The notes beneath the pieces are model-generated. The model did no database searches. It saw nothing but the letters and a program-made list of their open reading frames with translations, and was not told the DNA's origin. From Bilabrum cf. latius (lineage: Eukaryota), in NCBI GenBank assembly GCA_965178125.1, contig OZ237736.1:620001-684000 (forward strand): DNA of 64,000 nt, written 5' to 3'. Within the stretch, counting starts at the first letter, position 1. Each line of letters starts with the position of its first letter. Shown here piece after piece: positions 12,599 to 24,300 of the stretch. The translations under genes and the position numbers were made by a program.

Positions 12599-12964
12599 TT
12601 ATTGCTATGTATTGATTTCGCCGACAACTAGCTGCGCTAACTTTGTTCGTGCCCTCTGAGAGTGCCCGATTGATTCAAAATCGCTCGTTGCATCGGTTCC
12701 CAAGTAATCCTCGATCACCTCTCCCCCTGGATGCTTCCTGGCATACTCACCAATGTCGATAACCAATTTGTTTATTATAATAAGTTTACGGCCGCCACTT
12801 GCCACTTCTTCTGCAACTTCATCGCGCGTCATCTTCGGCAAGGAACGCGCAGGCTCCGAACCGCATTGCTCCATAGTAGGCACCTTTACGGAATCTTTTG
12901 ATGTTGAAACGACCGTGCAACTACCATCAGCTAGTGGTAGATCTTTCTTTTCGGCAGCAGCCAT
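12599..12964 (-). CDS. Soluble cytochrome b5-like heme-binding protein
   Basis: HPGG, GTDATSDFESIGHS motifs. The 3' end reads TAG CAA TAA, so the real stop is TAA at 12599-12601. Confidence 0.9.
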
Positions 12965-13071
12965 CCAAAGCTACTGTGCTTCTGGCAGCATTCGTGCAGT
13001 TGCAGTTCGCACGTTTCGTGAAGATTCGGCAAGTGCTAGATTGAAGCAGGCACGAACAAAAAATATTTCCG

Positions 13072-15027
13072 TCAGACAGTGGCTTCGTCATCGCCACTAG
13101 CCTCTCCCTCCACTCGCGCCTTCTTGGCGGGCGGTTGCGATTCTTCAGGAGGAGGCGCGGAATCGGCACCGGCACCGCTAGCGGCCTCTGCTGCAACAAG
13201 CACGACACCGTCGGTGCCTTGCACAACATCCGGCTTGCTAGCAGCCTGAAAGCCGCCCGGCGCGGCCGGTCCGCCATCCTCATCGTCGCTATCGATCACG
13301 TTGGACTTGCGCTTCCTGCTCTGTGTCTTGCCATCTTCGCCTGCCGGGGCGGGCGGAGAAGCCTGCTTGCTGCCGCCGCCTAGCAGGTACTTGCCCTTCT
13401 TCTTGGAGGGTGACTTCCTCCGAGATGCCGCTGGTTTCGCACCCTTGCCCTTGCTCAAGATGCCGAACACGCGCTTTGGCTTCTTTGCCCCGCCACTGGC
13501 GGCTGCAGGTGCAGGTGCCTCGGAGGTCGACGATTCTGCAGCTGCAGCGCTGGAGGAGCTTGCAGTCGAAGGAGACGAAGATGAAGACGCGGCGGCAGCA
13601 GTGGACGAGGAGGACGAGGAGGAGGAGGACCCTTCGGCTGCCCCTGCCTCTGCCTCTGCCTCAGCTTCCGGCTTGGCAGCTGATGCCTTCTTCTTCTTTG
13701 CCAAAATCCCTCCGGAGCTCTTGCCAGATCCCTTGCCTTTGGCCTTCCCCTTGGCCTTGGATTTCGCACCCCCTTTGGCAGGCCCTGCCGACGGCTTGAT
13801 CCCGAAGAACGAGTCCATCCTGGGCTGGTGGCCCTTGGCCCTGGCTGCCCTGAGGCGTTCCAGGGACCGCGTCACCCTGTCCTCTGCGAACTGCTTCTCC
13901 TTCACCAAATACTGCATGATGCCTGCCTCGTCTGCGTCGGTCCACTTGAGCGAAACTTCCTCCGCGGGGGAGGCGTCGGGCCCCTTGAAGAGGGCCTTGG
14001 CGCGCTTCCAGTCCCAGCTTTCGGGCACAGGGTACTTGCCCTTGATGTGGCCCATGGCAGACTCGAGGTCTCCGAACTTGGCGATCATGGAGTGGGCCGA
14101 CTTGGGACCCACTCCCTTGATGGGGTCCAGGTAGTCGCAGCCACATAGCATGCAGCAGTCGATGAACTGGTCCATGGTGAACTCGAAGCCCTCCAGTACC
14201 TTGGGGAGGTCGATCTCCAGCAGTGGAAGCTTCCTGCTCTCGCTCACATTCAGGCGACGCACCAGCTTCGGGGTGCCAAAGGTGAGCGTGTCCATGTCGT
14301 CTGAACCAGCGGCGAATACCTTTCCCGCCTTGGCTAGGACCGCGCACTGTGCCTCTGCCTCGCCGGGGGCCTCTACCACGGGCACTCCGAGCAGCCTGAG
14401 CAGCTTCTTGGCTTCGTCTTGGTGCTGCCTGGTCATGTGCACGGTGCGCCTCGAGAACTTCTCCATGTCCTCCACGTTTCCGGCTTCCTCGGCCTTTTTC
14501 GCATCCGCTTCAGCCTTTGCCTTCATGTCTGCACGCTTTTGCAGCTCGCTGGACTTCATATCTGGAGGCTTGCCATCAAACACGTACACGGGCTTAACGC
14601 CGTTCTCGATCATCCGAATGGTCCGGGCAAATATCCCCTGCAAGTGGCTGGTGACTTCACCCGCTTCATTCGTAAGCATTGCAGCAGGACCACCTGCGTC
14701 CCCTGCCGATCTCACAGCAACCTGCAACAGGTGGACACCGGTGCTGGATAGCTGCACTGTGGATGTGCTTTGAGTTCGATGACAGAAGATTGCAGTTACT
14801 ACCTCACTAAAAACTGATAGATGTACATACTTGCATCAATCGCTATCTTCCTGCCGTTCATTTCCTGCACAGTTGAGCAAGGACAAGCGACACAAACAAA
14901 GCAAGGCTTGCTGCTCAGTGCAACTGCCACTGATTCAGAGGAACTGTGGCCTTACTGCTATCTTTCGTTCTCGCACTGCATGTGGAGCCTTGTCCTAAAT
15001 AAGTTTCATCAGGCTTTTGATGCCCAT
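13072..15027 (-). CDS. FEN1: Flap endonuclease 1 with a long low-complexity C-terminal tail
   Basis: MGIKSLMKLI*DKAP (TAG 14995-14997), GRKIAIDASMYIYQFL, PVYVFDGKPP, EAEAQCA, GCDY and PIP box QPRMDSFF. Introns 14865-14955 and 14722-14807. Stop TGA 13072. Confidence 0.97.
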
Positions 15028-15160
15028 CCTAACTGGCCTTGCTGATAGTGCTCCCCAAGTAGCCGTATTTGAAACATGGCGCCGCGCCAGTTAGTTCCGC
15101 TCCACTTGAATATAACGTGGAGTTAATAAAATCAGATGCAGTTCGTGCAAACCGGCCGCA

Positions 15161-15213
15161 CACTCCAACTACGAGATCAGGATGTACTTCATCTTGATCT
15201 CGTAGTTGGAGTG
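15161..15213. repeat. Inverted repeat/hairpin with a 24-bp stem (one G-T pair) and a 5-nt loop
   Basis: cactccaactacgagatcaggatg-tactt-catcttgatctcgtagttggagtg. It is followed by a smaller palindrome atgtact-tcatg-agtacat (15214-15232). Confidence 0.95.
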
Positions 15214-15574
15214 ATGTACTTCATGAGTACATATACATGCAAGCATGTGAGTATACCATGCCGGCTACCTGTGTGGTTGAAGGCTGTGAAAGCCCGCTAT
15301 TGAATTCGTTTTGACTGTCGCAAAGATGACCCTTGCTTAGGACACCTAGGCATGCCTTTCCGGCAGATGACCAATTCAATTGCATTATGGACTGAGCGAC
15401 TCCATGTTTGTCTGTTTTGGATGCGGCAGCCTTCGCGATTTGTGCTGTCTTGCATGTTCCCTCGTTGGGGAAGCTACCGGAGAAGGAGGAGACTCTGAAC
15501 CAGCTACTCTGAATGCGCCCTTTGGGCGCTTGAAGAGAGAACTTCATTTCCTAAGGTCACTGACTCCATCTTGA

Positions 15575-16560
15575 ATGGTGGCAATAAGTTCGGTGCGCTC
15601 GAACATGATTGCCGCCTCTTCTCGAGTGCGTGTGTTTTGTGTGTTATTGATGGTACGCGCGGCAATTTGTCAAGCTCCCGTAGCATGCGGTATTCCAACG
15701 TGTGACACGGCAGAAGTCGACGCAAGATCAGACCCGCTCATTTCCCGGAAGGGACCTAGAAATAGGCGAGCAACTTCGGGTGCTTATATAGGAATCGGTG
15801 TGGCTCCTGAATCCCGGCTGCCCCGTGTCGAAGAGCCCCAACACGCATTTTACTGCTCAACATTCTGGCATTCATTTGTCTTTCTTTCATTATCACAGGT
15901 ATCACCGCCCTTGGGCGGTTAACCTACAGGGGTCGCGCGCCGTACCCGTCGCGTACTCCGTGCCGTCGTGGCATGGCGAACGCGTGCCCTTGCACCCCAC
16001 TGTATGCAGTGACGGATTCATATTGACATACGTACGCAAAGATCCTGTCACCGAACGAACGGTGTCCTCGTTTCTAGCCCACCGCCTGGCGATGGGCGAA
16101 TACTCGCCCTGGGAGGCGGCGGGCTAGAACACGCGGGCGGCGGACCGCATTCGAGTTAAGCAGCACCAACAATGTGAGAAACGCAAAGTCAGCCAATTGT
16201 TCCAGTGTATGATACGATGCAGTGCTCGCCAATGAAGATAAAAGAATAGGGACATCTTAGCTCGAGCGACTTGCGTCGACTGGAAGCGATGCCGAGTGCA
16301 CATAGTGCCAAATTTAATCTCGTTAATCTGACGGCGATCGTGCCCCGATCCTCGCCAATGAACTGTTTCTACTCCTGGTTGAGGATTTTGGCAACTCACA
16401 GACCTGTTCCAAGTCGACGGGCTTGACCCGACGCTGCAGAGAACATGCCACTTTGTCTGACAGGAGCTGTGTTCAAATTGCCACGTGGGGCGATTGATCT
16501 GGTGGTATCCGTGAATCTCTCGTACACCTGCGACTTGATGCGGTTACCTGCTCAGATGCT
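15575..16560 (+). pseudogene. Decayed TnpB/Fanzor-like RuvC nuclease relic (frameshifted)
   Basis: Motifs appear in the expected order across frames. IGVAPESRLP at 15794-15823 (cf. RuvC-I GVDPG.R); RIRVKQHQQCEKRKVSQL near 16146 (bridge-helix-like); LVEDFGNSQTCSKS at 16375-16416 (cf. VDE..TS.TCS.C); CSNCH at 16470-16484; then R-DLVVSVNL at 16491-16519 (cf. RD.NAA.NI). Confidence 0.55.
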
Positions 16561-16945
16561 TCTCTCTTACTACTCTCGCAGATTCCATGGATTGGTCCAG
16601 TTGGCTTGGTGGTAGTTGTCCGGGCTCAGAAAGTAGGCATTACCATGCGAGGTCGTGGTAGTGCTTCTTTTTTTTGTTGGTTTCCTCGGTGACTGCAAGA
16701 CGACGTCTCGTGCAAAGGAGGAATTTACGCGTAGTTGCAGTTTGTCAAACACATCAATTGAAAATGAGGATACGTCTCAATGCACAAATCACAGCTTAAA
16801 CTCACAACAAGCACACATTGCTACTCTATTAACAACTTCACTCTGTAACGTGCCGCATTTTGGCTCTTGAAAGCACTATCAGCAACAGTGATTCTGGCAT
16901 CCTACGAGTCAAGGACTCAACCCGCCCAGCGGTAGCATAGACAAA

Positions 16946-18236
16946 TCACTATAGCCCTCGGGGTGCCCGAACAAAACCGCCTTTCTCGGCAGCGGCTGCT
17001 GTAAGCACAGAGAGCGTCTCTCGGATCTCGTCTGTCGCCTCAATCGGGTTGTCCGTGAGTATCACCCGCTCCAGCGATCTGCACTCCACCAGGGAGCCCG
17101 GCAGCGACTTGAGCCCATTCTTCTGCGCGAAAAGCACCCTAAGCCTGGGCAGCTGCCCGATGCTCGCAGGCAGCTCTGAGATCGAGTTGCCTGCCACGTT
17201 CAGGAGGTCGAGGCTCTCCAGCTTGGAGAGGTCCTCTGGCAGCGCCGCGAGCTTGTTCTTGCTCGCGTTCAGCGACTTGAGGCGGGACATGAGTGGCACG
17301 TCGGCGCCCAGGCTCTCCACGGCGCACGAGTTGAAGTCGAGCACCTCGAGGGTCTCCCTCATGCCGTACAGCTCCGGGAGAGCAGGCAGGAAGGAGTTGC
17401 CGGCCAGCAGCAGCTGCGTGCACGCCGTGGCGCCGGACAGCGACGGAATGAGCACAAGGTTGTTCCATTGCAGTGCGATTCTCGTGCACGCCGGCCATCG
17501 TTCCGGGGCTGGGAACGTCTTGAGCTTGTTGGAGCCCATGTTGACCTCGACGAGCGAGGTCATCTTGGCGAGTGAGTGGGGCACCTTGATGATCTTGTTG
17601 TTGAAGAAGTTGATTTCCTCAAGCTTGGAGCAGTGGCCGAGCTCTTCGGGCAGTTGCGAGAGATCGTTCTTGAATGCGACGAGGCTCTACAGCTCTTGAA
17701 GCTTTCCAATCGCTGAATCGATGGATCTCAGGCCACACTCGCTTACGTCGAGGCTTTGAAGAGATTGCTGCAATATAAATAAGCAAAATCAGGGTGTGTG
17801 CGTTCACTGGAACCGGAAGGATAGTGCATACGAGGTATAGCTCAACGCCACTTACCAGATGCTGGATGGAGTCGCCGATCGCTGAGATGCTATTTCCAGC
17901 AACATCCAGCACTGTCAACGCAGTCATACCTGGATAGGCTGGCAACTCCGTCAGGTTGTTTCGCGCCAGGTGAAGTTCAGTTAGCTGTGCGAGGAAATCA
18001 TGGCTCGAGACTGCAGCAGCCGGCAGCTGTGCAATCTTTGGCGTTGCACTGACCGCCGACCCTTCGGCTTGGCGCAAATCTAAAACTCCATGGCAAGTTA
18101 CTACTCTCTCCTGTATCGAAGGTGCCACCGTGTCCTCAAATTTCAAGTGAGCAAACGGGCGTGCCGTGGCGGGGTCTCCTTGTGCCTCTTCTACTGCATC
18201 AGGAGTGACCTGGGAGGTGCTAGCGCATAAGCCCAT
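16946..18236 (-). CDS. Leucine-rich repeat protein with an N-terminal MGLC acylation motif
   Basis: ATG 18236 (MGLCAS), intron 17768-17855, LxxLxLxxN repeats. TAG at 17687 lies inside a repeat (LQEL*SLVAF versus the preceding LQSLQSLDV). Ends TAG TGA, with TGA at 16946. Confidence 0.9.
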
Positions 18237-18395
18237 ACTAGATATGTACCAGTTTTTCGTACACCTTCGCGACTCGCTCCGATTTACCGGATGTGTGAAG
18301 TGCAAGACGTACTTTAGGCCAAAACGTAACCCGCGACTTCAACTCATTCGGAGTTGAAAATCAAACTTCAGGACCGAATCGGATGCGGAGCTGCT

Positions 18396-21300
18396 TTAGC
18401 TCAACTCAAGCCCCTCATAGTCATCATCGTCGTCGTCTACTAATCGGCGCCGGCTTGGTCGATCTCCTCTGCGGCCAGACTACCCCCTGGCGCCTCGCGA
18501 GCGACTGCCGCCGGCCACGAGGTCACCTTGCCCACGCCTCCGTCTCCTGTGCCTCTCAGTCACCGCATCGTCGCGGTCGCCAGACTCCGCGGCACCGCGC
18601 GATCCATCCAACAAGTCACCGTCCCCAGATGATCTGTCTGCAACTCCAGCTCTGCGACTGCGGCGCTCTCTGCTCTCGTGGCCCTCTGCCGCCCCACCGC
18701 CACCCCTGGGCCTTGATCTGCCACCACGCCTGCGCCCTGCAACCTCGTCATCGCCGTAGTCCCGCCCCTGATCGGACCTCTTCTATGGCAATCGAGTGCT
18801 GGTAGCAGCACCATGACTATCCCCAGCCTCTGCTCCTGGATGCCCAGGTACGTCAGGAGGCTCCCTTCGCCCGCGGTGCCTTCGCCTGGGTCTGGGCCTC
18901 GCACCAGCCTGAGGAGGGCCTGCTGCACCTGCTGCACCTGCTGCACCTGCTGCACCTGCTGCACCTGCTGCACCTGCTGCACCTGCTGCACCTGCTGCAC
19001 CTGCTGCACCTGCTGCACCTGCTTGCTGTGCATCGACGCGCGCTCCTCCGCGCTCTCGGCGTTGCTTTCGCGCGGATCCAGAAGATACCTGAAAGGGCTC
19101 GAAGCTCCTGCTTCTGGTTCGCCTGGGGGCATACTGCGATGAGCCGTTGCTGCCATCGCCGGCGTCGAAGTCTTGCATAGCCAGCGCCTCGTCTCCTACC
19201 GCAGCCTCGATGCTGTCGCTCTTTCCCCCAATCTGCCGCCCGTTCTATGTCGGTCTGCTGCTGGCCTGCCCGCCTGGACCCAGCGAATCGATCGCGTCGC
19301 TCGACGGCCCTTTGTCCTCGCTCGAGTTGGACATGGACAGCTTCAGGGTCTGGTCGAGTCCGGCCCATCCCCGCCTGGTCTGCATCCGGGAGCGAGCGGC
19401 AGCCTCACGGTACTCACCACCCTGTGCTCTGCCATGGCTCTAGTTGGCCCCCTGCACTGCTTCCTGGCTGCTTGGAGCGGCATGCGTGCGACGAGTCGTG
19501 ATTCCACCATGCGATCCGAAGATAGCCTAGGTGGCAGCATCCGGCTGCACATCACCGCTGAAACCCTCATTGCCTCGATCTGCTGCTGCCTGGACTGACC
19601 TGCTCGCTCCACTTGACGAAGGATGCAATATTCCGCCGTCCAAGTCTTCCGATGGGGGTCCACTAGAGCGAAGCTTTGGACTCCTTCTGCCGGACGATAA
19701 ATGGGCATTCGCGTCGTGGTGCAACAGGTGCGCTGCTGCGGCTGCTGCTGCTGCGTTACCTGCGTCGGTGCCTGCCACGGGTGGTGGCGGAGCTTTCAAC
19801 TGCTGCTGTTTGGTCTCGCCCACCAGCTCGGTGGATCCAGACCAAAATCGCCTGCCATCAGTGATACCAGGATCAGTCGAAATGCCGGGCACACCCTCAA
19901 GAAACTGCTGCCTGCGCTACTCGCTGAGCTGTATTGCACCAGGTGAGGCTGGGCCTGCACCCAAACTGCGATGGGAAACGCCAGCAGCTACACTAGACTA
20001 GGGTGCAGCCGTAGCAGTCTAGTTTGCGAGACTAGCCGCCTCACCTGCCTGCGGAATCATAAGTCTCTTCAAGTCGCTCGACAAAAGTCGCACAGAGCCC
20101 CTTCGGACCATGCCAGCCCGCCCACTTCCAGACGTGAACATCCTAACCGAGGACTTTCTCTGGATGCCGTGGCTACCTTGCGTGCTGCTTGCCAGGTTGG
20201 ATACCTTGCTGACGGGTTGGAGGCTTCCACGCCTGACGTGCCGTGGATTGGCTTTCTCTTCCGAGGACGTCTGCTCGACGCCTGCTCCGCCACGATCTCG
20301 ATCGTTGTCAAGGGCCCCTAATTCGGCTTCGCTGCGCTGCGAGTGAGCAGACAGATGCTCACCAACAACACCACCCGATCTGCTAGACTTGCCGCTGTAC
20401 CTCTCACGCGAATGGACACGATGCCTCCGGACTGACCCGTTCTATTGCGAGCCCGTTGCCGCTCCGCCGACCCCGGGCTTGCTCTTCTTTGGGTCACCGC
20501 TGGACCTGGCGAGCTTGTCGATGCTCTGAAGCTAGGCCATGGTGCCAGTAGTTGCTGTATGATCATCGCCGAGATCCTGCACTTGTACACCCCCAGCACG
20601 GGAACGAATGGCCACCAATGCCTTCTCTGCAGCTCGCACAGCGACTGGATCTGCTGGCACGTTGCGCACTGCCTTGCGAATCTTGGAGGCCGTGCGGCTA
20701 CCAAATCGCTCCGCAAGGTCCTGTGCCACTAGATCCTGCTGGTACGCCTCCGCTGCGGCGCCGTGCTGCATCACGCCGTGCGGTTGTCTGGTCCTATCGC
20801 TCTTCACCGACCCGCGGTCATCGACGTCCGATGGCAAAGAATTCAAGTCTCCGCCTCGACCAGCGAATCGGGAACGATACTCTTTGTCACCGTGCTGCTG
20901 GATGTAAGACTGTAACGCTCCCTGCAGCCTCTCAGCCTGCCTTGCCGTGCAGAAGTGCAGCTCAATCGCGAAGTCGGCCGAGTACTTCTCACACGCTCTG
21001 TCTCTATTGGCCACATCGACCCCGTGCCTTGGTATGTGGCATGTGCCGGCAACGCCACATACCTTGGAAAGCTCCTCGGGGTCTTCCCCCCTGGCTTCCG
21101 CGTCGATCGCCCGCCGCTCTGCGGACAACATGATGCTGTCGATGGCTGCAGCATGCGATACCATCTTCTTCTTCCGCCGGTTACTAGGCGGGCTACTCAT
21201 GCGAGCGTTTGCCCCAATGTGGAGCGCAATTTCATCGCGCGACAAGCGACCCGAAGACGCGCGGTCGCTTGCAGATAGCCGAATGCGCTCCGACTGCTCC

Positions 21301-24300
21301 CGCCGGGTAGCTGCGCTAACCTTGAAGGAATGGGCAATGAGCTGAGAGCAGTCATCGGCAAGGGTGCACTGCGAGCGACCTGCACCAGCGCCGATGCCTA
21401 CCACTCGTCTGCTCCCTGCAGCCGAATCCTTTAGCCTAGTCTGCGTCTGAGCCACATGCAGCAGCATGTTTGTATTGAAGCACACGAATGCAACGTCCTT
21501 CTTTGGCGCTTCAGCGTCTCGTAGCCGGAGAGTACAGTCGCCTTCGATCGCCGTGCCGAAGCAGTTCACGGCGAACGTGCGGTAGGCATCCGATGTGAGC
21601 AGCGGCCGGCGCCCGAAGCCCCCTTCGAGGGCCACTCGATTCTCGAGCAGGTCATCAGCCTCGTCCATGGAACCGCTGTTGTCAAATTCAAACTGCTTTT
21701 TGCGGTCACTGATTAGTCTTGATGCCTTGCCGAGGCCAGCAAGGTCCAGAGTTGAAACCGGGAGCCACTCTGGAGTCGCCGGCGATTCGATGGTGCAGAA
21801 TGGCTGCATCGCGTACACCTACCCATTGCGACCAGAGCCACGTCTATGCCGCCGCACTCTTGGCATCGAGCATACTGTCACGTGTGATAGAAACAAGACG
21901 ACCTGCGCGGGGGGCAGACCTTTGGCAAGGATGTGCGAGTAGTATCCCACGTAGCGCCTCTGCCCCGCACCGTCCACCCCTTGCGCCCTCTGAGCGCCAG
22001 CACCTGCTGCATCGTGAGAAGCAACGCTAGCAGCGGCAGCGCCTCCGGCAGTATCCGCTACGGCGGTTGGTTTCGTAGATGTCTCAGTCCGTCTCTGTGC
22101 AAACCACTCGAGTGCCTCCACCGCGGTCTGGAATCGCCTCGTGTCGAGCAGGTGGGAGGACACCATGACGCCGGTTCGCCCTTTCCCGCCCTTGCAATGC
22201 ACAACGACAACGTTCAGAGGGCTTTGTCTCAGGTACTTTCTAGATTGCCGGCAGAATCCCACGAGCTGCGGCAGGCTGGGAGGCATGTGGTCATCGAACG
22301 GCACTCTCACCACCCTCCCGTGAAAGTGCGCAGGATCGTAGCTGTACTGCTTCTCACTGCATAGATTGTACACGCAGTAGCAACCGGGGTGTTTGAGGTC
22401 CAAGAACTCGGCCACCTTCTCCAGCGGGTTCCTGACGAGTCCTTCCAAAGTGGCCGACTGCTGAGACACCGGCACGGACATGGCCGCGCACCTGTCCGAG
22501 ATGAACGTGAGATCCAGGTCCCAGCCCTGGCCCGTGAACCGCCTTTTGTTCTGCGATACGAGTTTTTTCGTTCTTGCCACGGCTTCCCGCTGGTGTGACA
22601 TGAATCTCGTGATGCCTCGGATTACTCGTATGAGTCTCAGTGATCTGCCCAGGATGATGATTACCGCCCTGGTGCTTGCGTTCGCAGCATCTCGTAGCGC
22701 CAGCTCAAACACCGCGATTTCCACCAAGCTTATCAAGACAACCGACACGTCCAACAATGCATACGTGTTCAGAAACCTGGACCCGTACGCAAGCAGTCTG
22801 ACCATGATCTCCACAATAAACAGCAGCAACACACCGATGGTGGCAACCTGGATCCCGACGATCGTGTTGCCGACAACTAGGTCAGCAATGGCAAGGGAAA
22901 TATCCGTGGTGAGAAGCAGGAGAATAAGACCTTGTCCCACGAGGCTCTCCAGAGCTGCCCTGCATGCATCTGAAAATCGCGAGCAATTGCGATCGATGGC
23001 ATGGTCGAGGCACGCGCACATGTGCTCGCTCTGCTGGTTGGCATTCGCGTCGACTGTCAGAATGCCGTCGGGATCCCTGTCCCATGGTGAGCGCGGTACA
23101 ACTCGACCAGATGAAGAAGTAATCAGCTCCCCATCAGCTCCCAGATGCCCGAACATGCTGCCCCCCGGCTTGGAGCTGCGACCACTACCAGCCTCTGCGG
23201 CTGACCCCGATGCCACAAGCTGATTTGCGCGAGCCCGCGAAACAAGCATAGGTTCAGCAAGACTGGTGAATATATCAACCATTCCAACAATCCCTAGTAG
23301 TTCCCCCCCATTCTCGACAGCCATTGGCACTCCGACTTGCTGCAATGCTGCGACCGCTTCACGGACGATGGTAGAACCAGGCAGCACAGGTACCGCAGGA
23401 ACAGTGATATCGCAGCAGCGGATCCCCTGGAAGCTAAAATCAGATGAATTTGCTGCAGTTTTACTCGTCTGCGTCTGCCTGTGCACCATAGACTCTGCAT
23501 TACTGGTATCGTCCGACTCGAAGCTCGATTGTGACATTGGTGCGCCGACATGAGTGGGAGCGGACCGGACGAGGAACGCTGCAATAGCTTCTTTTGTAAG
23601 TACAGCTGGCAGAACCCCAGCTGTACCACCCAATCGGAGAATTGCACCCAGTCTTCGCTCCTCCATCAGCTCCTGCGAAGCCATGCATGAAGACACGTAC
23701 GCGAGTTTATTTCAGTATCCCAAGCGAGGGCCAGGAGCGCAATTATTGGATGTGTCTCACAATCGCGTCTTGTATTGGAGCCTCATATTCAACCGCTCCG
23801 AAATCGGGGTCGACAATTGCTGCAACTGCGACCAAAGCATGGAGCCACTGGGACTGGTGTGGGGAATCGCGAACCTCATCGCGGCATGCAACATATGTTT
23901 GTTTATCGATACTTACTTGGCCTGTCCAGCACGTTCATTTCGCTAAGTTGAATTGAATGAAAAAGTTGTGTGGTCGTCTGCACTGGATTGTAGCGCGGCC
24001 GCAAATGGTCGCAACGGCGTCCACGATAGGGTGCCTGGGAAGGGGGCAGATTTGAAGCAGCTGCACGACGGCTCCCATGTCCTCTGCTAGTCTACGGTTG
24101 AGGGAGCCCTGCCGCCGTGCCTAGTCTATTCGGGGCGTCGACAGCTGACCTTGCAGAGATGAGTGTATCCAGGGCGTCGACAGCTGACAGAGCAAACTTG
24201 AACTCCTCGGAGACCGAGCTCTAGGACTTGCTCGAAGAGTTACGACCGGACCTCACGCCTCCAGCGCGACATCTGCCGGCCAGCTCTGCTGCCATGTACC

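Noticed and set aside
9021-14773. Long antisense ORFs (e.g. 9021-9752, 13301-14134, 14150-14773)
   Set aside because: These are shadow ORFs opposite GC-rich genes, with no independent motifs.
16082-16119. GC-rich stem-loop as a structured ncRNA
   Set aside because: Short stems like this are expected by chance at this GC content, and it lies inside the relic coding region.
18560-19156. Poly(QQV) or poly(CCT) ORFs across the 9-bp repeat
   Set aside because: These are alternative frames of the repeat; the frame continuous with the VSP gene reads (GAA)n.
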